Origin: an uncultured Alphaproteobacteria bacterium
GTDB lineage: Bacteria > Pseudomonadota > Alphaproteobacteria > Methylaequorales > Methylaequoraceae
DNA: 42,125 bases
Direction of reading: 5' to 3'
NCBI GenBank assembly: GCA_964473045.1
Contig: CAYYMX010000001.1
Span: 1 to 42,125, forward strand
Position 1 is the stretch's first letter. Every line of letters starts with the position of its first letter. Positions 29,780 through 38,804 of this stretch are shown here, piece after piece. The notes under the pieces are model-generated. The model had not been told where the DNA came from. It did not search any database and saw nothing but the letters and a program-made list of their open reading frames with translations. A program made the translations under genes and the position numbers.

Positions 29780-30241
29780 ATGTTAACGTATAGTTTAAAG
29801 AAAAAAGATATAAAAAAAAAATGGTTTTTAATTGATGCTGATGGTTTAGTTCTAGGCAGATTGGCATCTAGGATTTCTTATATTTTGAGAGGAAAACATA
29901 AAACTATTTTTACCCCACACCTTGACTGTGGCGACAACGTAATAGTTGTAAATGCTGAGAAGGTTAGGTTAACTGGAAACAAGTCAAAAAAAAAAAAATA
30001 CTATAAGCATACAGGATACCCAGGTGGTTTAAAAGAATCTGATTTTGAAAATATCATAAATGGGAAAGATCCTGGCTTTATTATTAGGAAAGCAGTTCAA
30101 AGAATGCTAAGTTCAAACGCTTTGTCAGAAAAACAATTAAGTAATCTTAGGGTTTTTTCTGGTATTAAGCATGGTATGGATGCACAAAAGCCAGAAGTAT
30201 ATGATTTTGGATCATTTAATAGGAAAAATAAACTTAGTTAG
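29780..30241 (+). CDS. rplM: 50S ribosomal protein L13
   Basis: Start at internal ATG 29780. KKWFLIDADGLVLGRLAS and YYKHTGYPGG motifs. Confidence 0.95.
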   Translation: MLTYSLKKKDIKKKWFLIDADGLVLGRLASRISYILRGKHKTIFTPHLDCGDNVIVVNAEKVRLTGNKSKKKKYYKHTGYPGGLKESDFENIINGKDPGFIIRKAVQRMLSSNALSEKQLSNLRVFSGIKHGMDAQKPEVYDFGSFNRKNKLS

Positions 30242-30244
30242 ATT

Positions 30245-30706
30245 ATGAATAAAGAAGTTAATCCACCAGAATTATCTGAGCCAATTCTTGAGAGTGATGC
30301 AAAGCCTAAATTGGATAAACTTGGAAGGGCTTATGCAACTGGTAGAAGAAAAACATCAGTATCAAGAGTCTGGTTAAAACAAGGCTCAGGAAAAATAATT
30401 GTTAATGGTAAGTCTAGCGACAAATACTTTACTAGAAAAATCTTAAATACTATTCTTGAAGAACCACTAAATAAAACAGATAGGTTATCAGAAGTTGAAA
30501 TCTTTTCTACTGTTTCTGGAGGAGGATTGTCAGGGCAAGCGGGTGCGCTGAGACATGGTATTAGCAGGGCTCTTGTGAACTTTGAACCTACACTAAGAAA
30601 GAAATTGAAAAAACTTGGTTTTCTTACTCGTGATGCTAGAAATGTTGAAAGAAAAAAATTCGGAAAGCATAAGGCAAGACGAAGTCCTCAATTTTCGAAA
30701 AGATAA
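30245..30706 (+). CDS. rpsI: 30S ribosomal protein S9
   Basis: [34 protein letters not shown]-terminal [18 protein letters not shown]. Confidence 0.96.
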   Translation: MNKEVNPPELSEPILESDAKPKLDKLGRAYATGRRKTSVSRVWLKQGSGKIIVNGKSSDKYFTRKILNTILEEPLNKTDRLSEVEIFSTVSGGGLSGQAGALRHGISRALVNFEPTLRKKLKKLGFLTRDARNVERKKFGKHKARRSPQFSKR

Positions 30707-30709
30707 TAA

Positions 30710-31726
30710 ATGTCTCTTAATGTTTGTATTTTTGGAGTGTCTGGTTATACGGGCTCAAAGTTGTTATATCTCCTTAGTAAGCATAGAAAAGTAAATATTA
30801 AAGGGGTGTTTGGGAAAAAATCAATAAATTATAGTCTTCCAGACCTTTTTCCAAATATTGACAATCTACCAAATATTAAGATTACTAATTACAAAGATTT
30901 TAATTTTGATAGTATCGATATTGTTTTTAGCTGTTTGCCACATGGTAAATTTCAAGAAGAAGTTTTTTTAAAATTGGATAAAAAATTGTCAGTAATAGAT
31001 TTGTCTGGTGATTTTAGGCTACAGAATATATCTGAATATGAGAATTGGTATAATTTAACTCATAAATCAAAAAAATATTTAAAGAGTTTTATTTATGGTT
31101 TAACTGAAATTTATAAAAAAGACATTTTAAAAGCAAAGTATGTTTCAAACCCTGGATGTTATCCTACATCAATATTAATTCCTCTTATTCCTCTTTTAAA
31201 GAGTAAAGTTCTTGGCGATGGTCATGTAGTAATTGATTCTAAATCTGGGGTAAGTGGTGCAGGAAAAAAACCTAAAGTTCAAAATTTATTTGCTGAAATA
31301 AGTGAAAATTTTTTTTCATATGGAGTTTCTAAACATAGACATTATCCAGAGATATGCCAGGAAATTAAAAAATATAATGACAAGGTTTCACTTACATTTA
31401 CTCCTCATTTATTGCCTTTGATTTCTGGTCTTCAGTCTACAATTTATATTGATAAGAAAAATTTTGATAAAAATGATTTAAAACAAATTCTTAAAAAGTT
31501 TTATAAAGGCGAACAGTTTGTCAAGTTGTATAGTGATAATAGAATACCAGAAATTAGAGAAGTTAAAAATACTAATGATATAGCAATTCAAATTTTGAAT
31601 GATTATTCCAAAAAAAAGATAATTATTATAAGTTGCATTGATAATCTCATTAAAGGAGCTGCGGGACAAGCTGTACAAAATATGAACCTAATGTTTGGAT
31701 TTAATGAATCAGAATCATTAATATGA
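30710..31726 (+). CDS. argC: N-acetyl-gamma-glutamyl-phosphate reductase
   Basis: GVSGYTGSKLL NAD motif, active-site SNPGCYPTS, C-terminal DNLIKGAAGQAVQNMNLMFG. Confidence 0.93.
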   Translation: MSLNVCIFGVSGYTGSKLLYLLSKHRKVNIKGVFGKKSINYSLPDLFPNIDNLPNIKITNYKDFNFDSIDIVFSCLPHGKFQEEVFLKLDKKLSVIDLSGDFRLQNISEYENWYNLTHKSKKYLKSFIYGLTEIYKKDILKAKYVSNPGCYPTSILIPLIPLLKSKVLGDGHVVIDSKSGVSGAGKKPKVQNLFAEISENFFSYGVSKHRHYPEICQEIKKYNDKVSLTFTPHLLPLISGLQSTIYIDKKNFDKNDLKQILKKFYKGEQFVKLYSDNRIPEIREVKNTNDIAIQILNDYSKKKIIIISCIDNLIKGAAGQAVQNMNLMFGFNESESLI

Positions 31727-31738
31727 TTGGGTGCAGTT

Positions 31739-32287
31739 ATGAATTTAAATAACAGTTTTATTCCTTATAAGAACAAAAAACCTAAAATAAATAAAGATGT
31801 TTTTATTGCTCAGGGTGTTAGAATAATAGGTGATGTTGAAATCGCTTCCGGAAGTAGTGTTTGGTACAATTGTGTTTTGAGAGGAGACGTTAACTATATT
31901 AAAATTGGGGAAAATACTAATATTCAAGATGGAACTATTATTCATGTTTCTTCACATGGGTTTTCTGCAACAGGTGCCAAAGGAGCACCAACTAAATTAG
32001 GAAACAATGTTACTGTTGGTCATAATGCCACAATACATGCATGTGAAATTGGAGATTTTGCATTGGTGGGTATGGGTTCTACAATTTTAGATAGAGCCAT
32101 AATAGAAGAAATGGCTTTGATTGCTGCTGGATCAGTAATTACTCCAGGCACTTTGGTCCAAAAAAAAGAACTATGGGCAGGTAATCCAGCAAAATTTATA
32201 AGAAGACTTTCTGTAAAAGAGGAAAAATTACTTATTAATACCCCAAAAGTATACTTTAAGTTGGCAGCTGAATTTTTAAAAAAATAG
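31739..32287 (+). CDS. gamma-class carbonic anhydrase-like left-handed beta-helix (hexapeptide repeat) protein
   Basis: VWYNCVLRGDVNYIKIGENTNIQDGTIIH...VTVGHNATIHACEIGD contains the three conserved His positions of the YrdA/PaaY family. ATG 31739 preferred over TTG 31727. Confidence 0.85.
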   Translation: MNLNNSFIPYKNKKPKINKDVFIAQGVRIIGDVEIASGSSVWYNCVLRGDVNYIKIGENTNIQDGTIIHVSSHGFSATGAKGAPTKLGNNVTVGHNATIHACEIGDFALVGMGSTILDRAIIEEMALIAAGSVITPGTLVQKKELWAGNPAKFIRRLSVKEEKLLINTPKVYFKLAAEFLKK

Positions 32288-32339
32288 TTTTAGATTTTTC
32301 TTTTAAAATTATTAATGTCAAGTTAGAATCTTTATTGCT

Positions 32340-33119
32340 ATGAAAGAAAAGAAAAATACATATATTAGAGTTTTGTTTACGGCGTTTTTTTTATATTCTT
32401 GTGAGACGATCTCTGATGTCACAGACTATGTTTCATCTGGTTTTTCAAGTGATGAAAATGAGAATGTAGAAATAGTTACACAAGATGATGGTGTGCTTGA
32501 TTCTGACTCAGAAAACATTGAACCTGAAAAAAAAGAAGTTCAAGATACTGAAGAAAAGCCTGAAAAAACTGAAACTAAAACTAAGAATGGAAATAAAAAT
32601 AACTTAGAAACCACTGACGAAAAACTTTCACCGACTCCTCAACAAGAATATGAAAGTGCATTAATTTCAGAAAATTCTGAAGAAAATGTTGTGCAAAAAA
32701 AGCCAACTAAAAAGAAATCTACTATAAATTTTGAAGCTGTTCCACTTAGCCTTGACAATAAAATTCAGTATAGGATAGCTACAATAGCATTTGGTTCTGG
32801 CTCGAGTTCTGTAAACTCTCTAGGATTAAGAAAAATCAAAAAAATTGTTGAAATAGCAAAAAAGAGGAATGCCAGAGTTAAGATTGTTGGACATGCTAGT
32901 AGCAGAACCAAAGATATGACGATTTTAGAGCATAAGCTGGTAAATTTTAGAATTTCTGACCAAAGAGCGCAATCAGTTGCCAGGGTCTTTATTCAAAATA
33001 AGTTTCCTAGTGAGAGATTGATTGCAGAAGCTGTATCAGATGCAAAACCATTGTTTCAAGAAAATATGCCTGCCGGAACTACTGCAAATCAAAGAACTGA
33101 GATATTTTTAATTTATTAA
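32340..33119 (+). CDS. OmpA-family peptidoglycan-associated lipoprotein with a low-complexity acidic linker
   Basis: Lipobox FFLYSC. A linker of about 110 aa rich in E/K/T/D. C-terminal OmpA_C-like domain (FGSGSSSV...IVGHASS...ISDQRAQSVARVF...NQRTEIFL). Confidence 0.8.
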   Translation: MKEKKNTYIRVLFTAFFLYSCETISDVTDYVSSGFSSDENENVEIVTQDDGVLDSDSENIEPEKKEVQDTEEKPEKTETKTKNGNKNNLETTDEKLSPTPQQEYESALISENSEENVVQKKPTKKKSTINFEAVPLSLDNKIQYRIATIAFGSGSSSVNSLGLRKIKKIVEIAKKRNARVKIVGHASSRTKDMTILEHKLVNFRISDQRAQSVARVFIQNKFPSERLIAEAVSDAKPLFQENMPAGTTANQRTEIFLIY

Positions 33120-33123
33120 CCCT

Positions 33124-34413
33124 GTGCCCAAAAATTTTTTAAAGATTGCCATTGCTGGCATTGGAACGGTTGGTAGTGGACTTCTAAAACTGTTAAAAAA
33201 AAATAACTTTAGAGTAAAGACTAATATAAAAATAAATATTTCAGCTATAGCGTCTAGAAGGAAAATAAACTTTAAAGGTCCAATATATAAAAGAACAAGG
33301 TTTTTTTCGGATGCAAATAAATTAATGGAATTTGACGATTATGACGTGTTGATAGAATTAATTGGTGGACAAGATGGGGTTGCGAAAAAAATTGTTTTTG
33401 ATGCTTTAAAAAAAAAAAAACATGTGGTAACTGCTAATAAAGCTTTGGTTTCAAAATATTGGGATGAATTAAAAATACTGTCAAAAAAAAACAATTGTTT
33501 TATTAAATATGAGGCTGCTGTCGCTGGAGGAGTTCCAATTTTAACTGTAATTGAAGATTTTCTAATCTCTAATAAGATAAAAAAAGTTTATGGAATATTA
33601 AACGGGACTTCAAATTTTATTTTAACTAAAATGCTAGCTAATAATCAAAAATTTGAGAAAATTTTATCTGAAGCACAAAAACTAGGATATGCTGAATCAG
33701 ATCCAAGCTTTGATATTGATGGAACTGATACAGCCCAAAAACTTTCAATATTATCTTCTCTATCATTTAATATAAATTCCAATATTAAATACATTTATAA
33801 AGAAGGTATTCAATGTATTAATCTTTTGGATTTAAAATATGCTGAATCTTTGGGTTATAAATTAAAACTTTTAGGGATAACTGAAAAAAAAAAAAACAAA
33901 GTAATGAGTTTTGTTTACCCTTGTTTGGTTGAAAAAAAATCAGAAATTTCTAATGTGGATGGAGTTTTTAATGGAGTTGTTGTGGAGTCTGATTATTGTA
34001 AAAAAATTTTTTTTCAAGGAGAAGGTGCTGGTGCATTGCCAACAGCAACTTCAGTTTTAAGTGATATTTTAAGCATTAATAGATTGAAAAGCCTGTGTCC
34101 AATCGAAGAGAATATACAAAAAATAACTTTTTTTAAGATTGAAGAAAGGGTTGGTAGTTATTATTTAAGGTTTACTACTGTTGACAAACCTGGGGTCATT
34201 TCAGGAATTTCAAATGAGTTTAAAAAATATAATATTTCTATGAAATCAATGTTACAAAAAGATCCACACTCTAATGATTTTAAATATGCAACAATTGTTG
34301 TTACAACTCATAATTGTGAAGAAAAAGATATGATGAATGCTCTAAGAAAAATTAATTCACAAAAATTTGTTTTGAAAAAAACTGTGTATATAAGAATTGA
34401 AAAATTTATATGA
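33124..34413 (+). CDS. hom: homoserine dehydrogenase
   Basis: IAGIGTVGSG NAD fold, VTANKALV, YEAAVAGGVPI, GILNGTSNFILT, LGYAESDPSFDIDG, C-terminal ACT domain. GTG start. Confidence 0.93.
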   Translation: MPKNFLKIAIAGIGTVGSGLLKLLKKNNFRVKTNIKINISAIASRRKINFKGPIYKRTRFFSDANKLMEFDDYDVLIELIGGQDGVAKKIVFDALKKKKHVVTANKALVSKYWDELKILSKKNNCFIKYEAAVAGGVPILTVIEDFLISNKIKKVYGILNGTSNFILTKMLANNQKFEKILSEAQKLGYAESDPSFDIDGTDTAQKLSILSSLSFNINSNIKYIYKEGIQCINLLDLKYAESLGYKLKLLGITEKKKNKVMSFVYPCLVEKKSEISNVDGVFNGVVVESDYCKKIFFQGEGAGALPTATSVLSDILSINRLKSLCPIEENIQKITFFKIEERVGSYYLRFTTVDKPGVISGISNEFKKYNISMKSMLQKDPHSNDFKYATIVVTTHNCEEKDMMNALRKINSQKFVLKKTVYIRIEKFI

Positions 34414-35601
34414 TTGAAATTGTGTCTGGTATTTTTTTTCCAATTAGTGGAGTAGCGTATTTGTAAAATAAGTTTGTTACATTGTTTTCCTTTCTATTAA
34501 AAAAACTATCAGGCATTTTTTTTGTTTTACCTGCAATATCTGATAATTTGTTAATTTGAAATTTAATTTTATAATTAACTTCAAAATCTTTTCTTTCTGT
34601 AATTCCAGTTGAAAATGAAATTTTTTTTAAATTGGAGAATTGCACAGACTTTTGCCCAATTTCAAAGGCCTCTTTTTGGTCAATTTCAGAAACCGTTCCA
34701 AGAAAACTTCTTTGAGGGTACCCAAGAGTATCTGCTCTGACTCTTGAAATATTAAGTTTTTTCTTTATTTGATTTGACAAATAATCACCCAGAAATCCCG
34801 AGCCAGATAATTGTATATTTCCATGGGCATCAAACTCATTATTCTTCTTCAATTTCTCAGAAATTAGACTTTTATTTTTATCTTGGATCCCTTCAGAAAT
34901 AGCAATAATGCATCTACCATATTTTTTATAGTTTTCTAGAATTTTCTTTAAAAAATCATCCAATGAGAATGGCGTTTCAGGTATAAAGATTAGATGAGGT
35001 CCATCACTTTTTTTTTTTTTTTTAAAAGAGATGTTGCGGCTGTTAAGAAACCAGCATGTCTTCCCATGACTATGCCTAAATAAACTCCGGGTAAAGATTT
35101 GACATCAAAATTTATCCCTGCAAAAAGTAATGCTACATATTTAGCAGCTGAACCGAATCCTGGTGTGTGATCATTTAAAACTAAATCATTATCAATTGTT
35201 TTTGGAACATGGATGCATTGTAGTTTATAATTATATTTTTTAGAATAATTAGAAATAATATTCAGACTGTCAGAAGAATCATTGCCTCCAATATAATAGA
35301 ACTTACTTATTTTTTTTTTTCTTAGAACTTTAAGAACTTCTAAACAATATTTTGTGTCAGGTTTGTCTCTTGTTGACCCAAGAGCAGCTCCTGGAGTGTT
35401 TTGCAACTTTTTAAGTGTATCATTTGACAATCTATTTAGATTTTTGAATTTAGAATTTATTATTCCGTTAACTCCATTTATAGCTCCAATAATTAAAGAT
35501 TTATTTTTTTTTTCTTCTTGAATGATGCCAACTAGTGATTGGTTGATAACATTTGTAGGCCCACCGCCTTGAGCTATTAATATATTATTATTGCTAGACA
35601 T
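34406..35601 (-). pseudogene. pfp: phosphofructokinase (PfkA family, PPi-dependent signature) split by a frameshift in an A16 tract
   Basis: The N-terminal ORF (35601 down to 34990) has AQGGGPTNVIN, IGGNDS, VPKTIDNDL and VMGRHAG. The C-terminal ORF (34963-34406) has ISEGI and TLGYPQRSF. Reading through the tract with one extra A gives LKKKKKSDGPHLIFIPETPFSLDDF, joining both halves. Confidence 0.87.
35008..35023 (-). repeat. A16 (T16 on the plus strand) homopolymer at the pfp frameshift site
   Basis: Counted directly: 16 consecutive T on the plus strand, the second-longest homopolymer in the window. Confidence 0.95.
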
Positions 35602-35623
35602 GAAATTATGGTAAATTTTAATT

Positions 35624-37396
35624 ATGCAGATTAAAACTAAATCACCAGAAGAACAATTAAAAAAAAAATTAAAGTCCAAGCTTTTCTCTATGAAAGGTGC
35701 CTTTTGGGAAGAAAGAGAGTTAAACTCTTTTCAGAAGAGTCAACTCATAAAAACGTTTAATCTCACGAATATTTTTGCAAATTTATTAACTTCCAGAGGA
35801 GTAAATGTTGAAACTTATAAAAGTTTTTTGTCACCAAAGCTTAAAGATTTATTTCCTGATCCAAGCCAGATGGATCAAATGGATTCGGCAACTAAAAAAA
35901 TTGTAGAATTTATTTCAAAAAAAAAAAAAATAGGAATCTTTGGTGATTATGATGTTGATGGAATTACTTCTACAGCATTGGTAGGAAATTATCTTAAAGA
36001 TGTTGGAGCAGAGTTTGAATTTTATATTCCTGATAGAATTAATGAGGGATATGGTCCAAACGTTGATGCATTAAGAAAACTTAAAAAAAAATCTTGTGAA
36101 TTGCTTCTTACTCTTGATTGCGGAACAACATCCAATTCCATTATTGATCAAATCACAAAAGAAAACATTGAAGTAATCATTGTAGATCATCATCAAGAAG
36201 GAGAGACTCTTCCTAATGCACTGTCAATAATAAACCCAAATAAAAAAAAAGATAAATCAAATCTTGTAAATTTATCAGCCGTCGGTGTTGTTTTTTTTCT
36301 TTTGGTTTCTGTAAATAGAGAGCTAAAAAAAATAAAAGATTTTAAAGATAAAGTTCCTAATATGCTGAAATATTTAGATTTAGTTGCACTAGGGACAATT
36401 TGTGATGTGGTAAAGTTAGACTTTATTAATAGGGCATTTGTTAAGCAAGGTTTAAAAGTTTTTAATCAGTCAAAAAACTTAGGGATTAATTCTCTCATAA
36501 AATTCGCTGGGATAGATGGGGAAATTGATGAATATCATTTAGGCTATCGAATAGGACCAAAAATAAATGCAGGTGGAAGAATTGGCAATTCATCTTTGGG
36601 AGCTAAGCTTTTGCTCACTGATAATAAAAATCTTAGTGATGTAATTGCTTCTAAACTTGAGGAATACAACAATATTAGAAAGACTATTGAAAAAAAGGTT
36701 GAAAATGATGCCATCTATAAAATTGATCAAAAAAATACTGGAATAATTTGTGTTAACTCTTGCGATTGGCACCAAGGAATAATAGGTATTGTTGCTAGTA
36801 AACTTACTGAAAAGTTTTTAAGGCCGTCAATTGTAATTTCTGAATCTGAAGAATTATGTAAGGCATCCTGTCGGTCGATTTCTAAATTTAACATAGGTCA
36901 ATTAATTTTTGATGCTATTGAGGAAGGCTTAATTCATTCTGGGGGAGGGCATTTTATGGCTGGTGGATTTTCAATTCAAAAATCAAAAATTAAAGATTTT
37001 AAAGAATATATTAAAGATAAATTTGATAAAAAAAATTTTGAAACAGTTAAGTTTTATGATTGTGAGATAAAACTTTCTTCAATTCACAAAGAATTTTATT
37101 CAGATATAAAAAAGCTTTCACCATTTGGACCAGGAAATCCAAGGCCTAGATTTTTAATTAAAAACTGTTTTGTTAGATTTCCAAGATTGGTTGGAAATAA
37201 TCATTTTTCATGTTTAATTGAAGATTTCTTTGGTAATAGGTTAAAAGGAATTTTTTTTGGAGCTTATGATACAAGTTTAGGTCCAAAACTTGAAAAAAAT
37301 AATAAGGAAATCGATCTTGTTGCAACAATTAAACTTAATAATTGGAATGGCGAGGAAAATATTGAAATCCAGATAGAGGATGTAATTAATTTTTAA
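35624..37396 (+). CDS. recJ: single-stranded-DNA-specific exonuclease RecJ
   Basis: DHH motifs IGIFGDYDVDGITS, LDCGT, VDHH. DHHA1 GGGHFMAGG. Start is ATG 35624 or ATG 35690; the latter gives a more realistic divergent spacer to pfp. Confidence 0.92.
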   Translation: MQIKTKSPEEQLKKKLKSKLFSMKGAFWEERELNSFQKSQLIKTFNLTNIFANLLTSRGVNVETYKSFLSPKLKDLFPDPSQMDQMDSATKKIVEFISKKKKIGIFGDYDVDGITSTALVGNYLKDVGAEFEFYIPDRINEGYGPNVDALRKLKKKSCELLLTLDCGTTSNSIIDQITKENIEVIIVDHHQEGETLPNALSIINPNKKKDKSNLVNLSAVGVVFFLLVSVNRELKKIKDFKDKVPNMLKYLDLVALGTICDVVKLDFINRAFVKQGLKVFNQSKNLGINSLIKFAGIDGEIDEYHLGYRIGPKINAGGRIGNSSLGAKLLLTDNKNLSDVIASKLEEYNNIRKTIEKKVENDAIYKIDQKNTGIICVNSCDWHQGIIGIVASKLTEKFLRPSIVISESEELCKASCRSISKFNIGQLIFDAIEEGLIHSGGGHFMAGGFSIQKSKIKDFKEYIKDKFDKKNFETVKFYDCEIKLSSIHKEFYSDIKKLSPFGPGNPRPRFLIKNCFVRFPRLVGNNHFSCLIEDFFGNRLKGIFFGAYDTSLGPKLEKNNKEIDLVATIKLNNWNGEENIEIQIEDVINF

Positions 37397-37737
37397 TCCA
37401 GTATTCTCATCTGTGAGTAGTAAATTCTGCAATCCTTACCATCTGTGCTAACCAAACAATCTAGATATTCATTCAGTCTAGCGTTTGAACAACCAGCTTC
37501 TTTATAGAGTGATATTCCATGGAAATTATTTTTAAATTTTTTTTTGAATTGTAAAAGTTTACTTTTCTTTTTGTCTGGAATGTTTGAGAATTTTTTTTTA
37601 ATTTCAAGTATGGCTTGTTCATATGGAAAAATTATTTCGTATCCTCTAATTTGACATAATTTGTTGTCCGATTCTTTCGATGAGGTTTCATTCAAAGAAA
37701 TTAAAAAGAAAAGAAAAATAAATACAAAAAGATTCAT
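37393..37737 (-). CDS. hypothetical small secreted protein (4 Cys)
   Basis: 114-aa ORF with a clear N-terminal signal peptide (MNLFVFIFLFFLISLNETSS). No motif I recognise. The convergent stop overlaps the recJ stop by 4 nt. Confidence 0.45.
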   Translation of the reverse strand: MNLFVFIFLFFLISLNETSSKESDNKLCQIRGYEIIFPYEQAILEIKKKFSNIPDKKKSKLLQFKKKFKNNFHGISLYKEAGCSNARLNEYLDCLVSTDGKDCRIYYSQMRILD

Positions 37738-37801
37738 AAATTTATAATTTACTAAAATTTAAAAAAGTTATATATAGAATAAAAATAAATTCAAGTTTTT
37801 T

Positions 37802-37877
37802 GTCCCCTTCGTCTAGTGGTTCAGGACACCGCCCTTTCACGGCGGCAACACGGGTTCGAATCCCGTAGGGGACGCCA
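37802..37877 (+). tRNA. tRNA-Glu (anticodon TTC)
   Basis: Folded by hand. Acceptor GTCCCCT/AGGGGAC, anticodon stem CCGCC/GGCGG with loop CTTTCAC, T-arm ACGGG-TTCGAAT-CCCGT, encoded CCA. Confidence 0.93.
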
Positions 37878-37967
37878 TATCAACGTTTGCACTAATTAAT
37901 GATTGAAAATGATAAATTATGCGTTTATATTACACATATAAATTGAACAATACATGAGGGGTTAATT

Positions 37968-38393
37968 ATGAAAAAATTATTCATAGTCATATTTGCTTTT
38001 TTCTTTGTAACTAGTGCCTATTCTGCTGATGCACAAATAGAAATGTTAAATAAACGTGATGATGGTGCAAGGATGGTTTATAGCAAAGAAGTTGTAAAGA
38101 TTGATACAGGACAATCTATAGAATGGGTTGCTAAAGATAAAGGCCATAATGTTGAAATGATAGCAGGTCCAGATGGATCTACTTTGCCTAAGAAAAGTAA
38201 ATTAAGTAAAAACTTTTCTATGACTTTCGATAAGCCTGGAATTTACATATATAAATGCACTCCACATGTAGGGCTTGGAATGATTGGTATAGTAGTTGTA
38301 GGTGGGGATTCATCCAATAAAGACGCTATTTCAAAAGTAAAACTTTCTGGGAAAGCTAAGAAAAAAAGAGACAAACTACTATCAGGAGTGTAA
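37968..38393 (+). CDS. pseudoazurin (type 1 blue copper protein)
   Basis: Signal peptide ending SAYSA. Mature region IEMLNK...DKGHNVE...YIYKCTPHVGLGMIGIVVVG gives the His/Cys/His/Met copper ligand pattern and aligns closely with classical pseudoazurins. Confidence 0.9.
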   Translation: MKKLFIVIFAFFFVTSAYSADAQIEMLNKRDDGARMVYSKEVVKIDTGQSIEWVAKDKGHNVEMIAGPDGSTLPKKSKLSKNFSMTFDKPGIYIYKCTPHVGLGMIGIVVVGGDSSNKDAISKVKLSGKAKKKRDKLLSGV

Positions 38394-38406
38394 AGAGTTT
38401 TTATTT

Positions 38407-38793
38407 TTAATGGGATTTTAAATCTTTCTTTATATCTTCGTGGTCACCTACCACGATATGCCTCTTGCTTTTTGTAACGTATTTTTCTAGTAAGGGTATT
38501 AATATAAGTGGTAGGGAGCCACCAAGCACAATTCCAAAAACCATAGGTCTTAGATGTGGGTCTAAAAGACTAGCGATTAGGTCAGCAATGACATGAGAAA
38601 AAGCAGCTCCAAAAATTCCTGCAATATATCCTTTAGAAACAAATTTTAATAACCTATTTATACTTATGCCTGTGTAAAAACCGATTATTGTTATAAATAC
38701 GTGAATAAATCCAAAAATAAAGCCGCGTAAATTTATGGAACTATCAAAGTATTGTTGGAGTAAATGTTCCATAATGTTATTAATAATGAACAT
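38407..38793 (-). CDS. hypothetical integral membrane protein (3-4 TM helices)
   Basis: 128-aa ORF with hydrophobic segments (GFIFGFIHVFITIIGFY, GYIAGIFGAAFSHVIADLIASLL, MVFGIVLGGSLPLILIPLL). No family recognised. Confidence 0.45.
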   Translation of the reverse strand: MFIINNIMEHLLQQYFDSSINLRGFIFGFIHVFITIIGFYTGISINRLLKFVSKGYIAGIFGAAFSHVIADLIASLLDPHLRPMVFGIVLGGSLPLILIPLLEKYVTKSKRHIVVGDHEDIKKDLKSH

Positions 38794-38804
38794 TTTTAAA
38801 AATA

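Noticed and set aside
12981-35679. 5' extensions of track ORFs: bioD from 12981, nusB from 21803, bamE from 25942, rplM from 29735 and pfp from 35679.
   Set aside because: In each case an internal ATG gives the canonical family N-terminus. It also removes the overlap with the neighbouring gene, or creates the ATGA/TAATG coupling seen elsewhere in the window.
37895-37923. Fur-box-like sequence (AATGATTGAAAATGATAAATTAT) upstream of pseudoazurin.
   Set aside because: The best alignments to the 19-bp consensus are only 9/19 and 11/19, with no 7-1-7 palindrome. That is indistinguishable from background in DNA this AT-rich.
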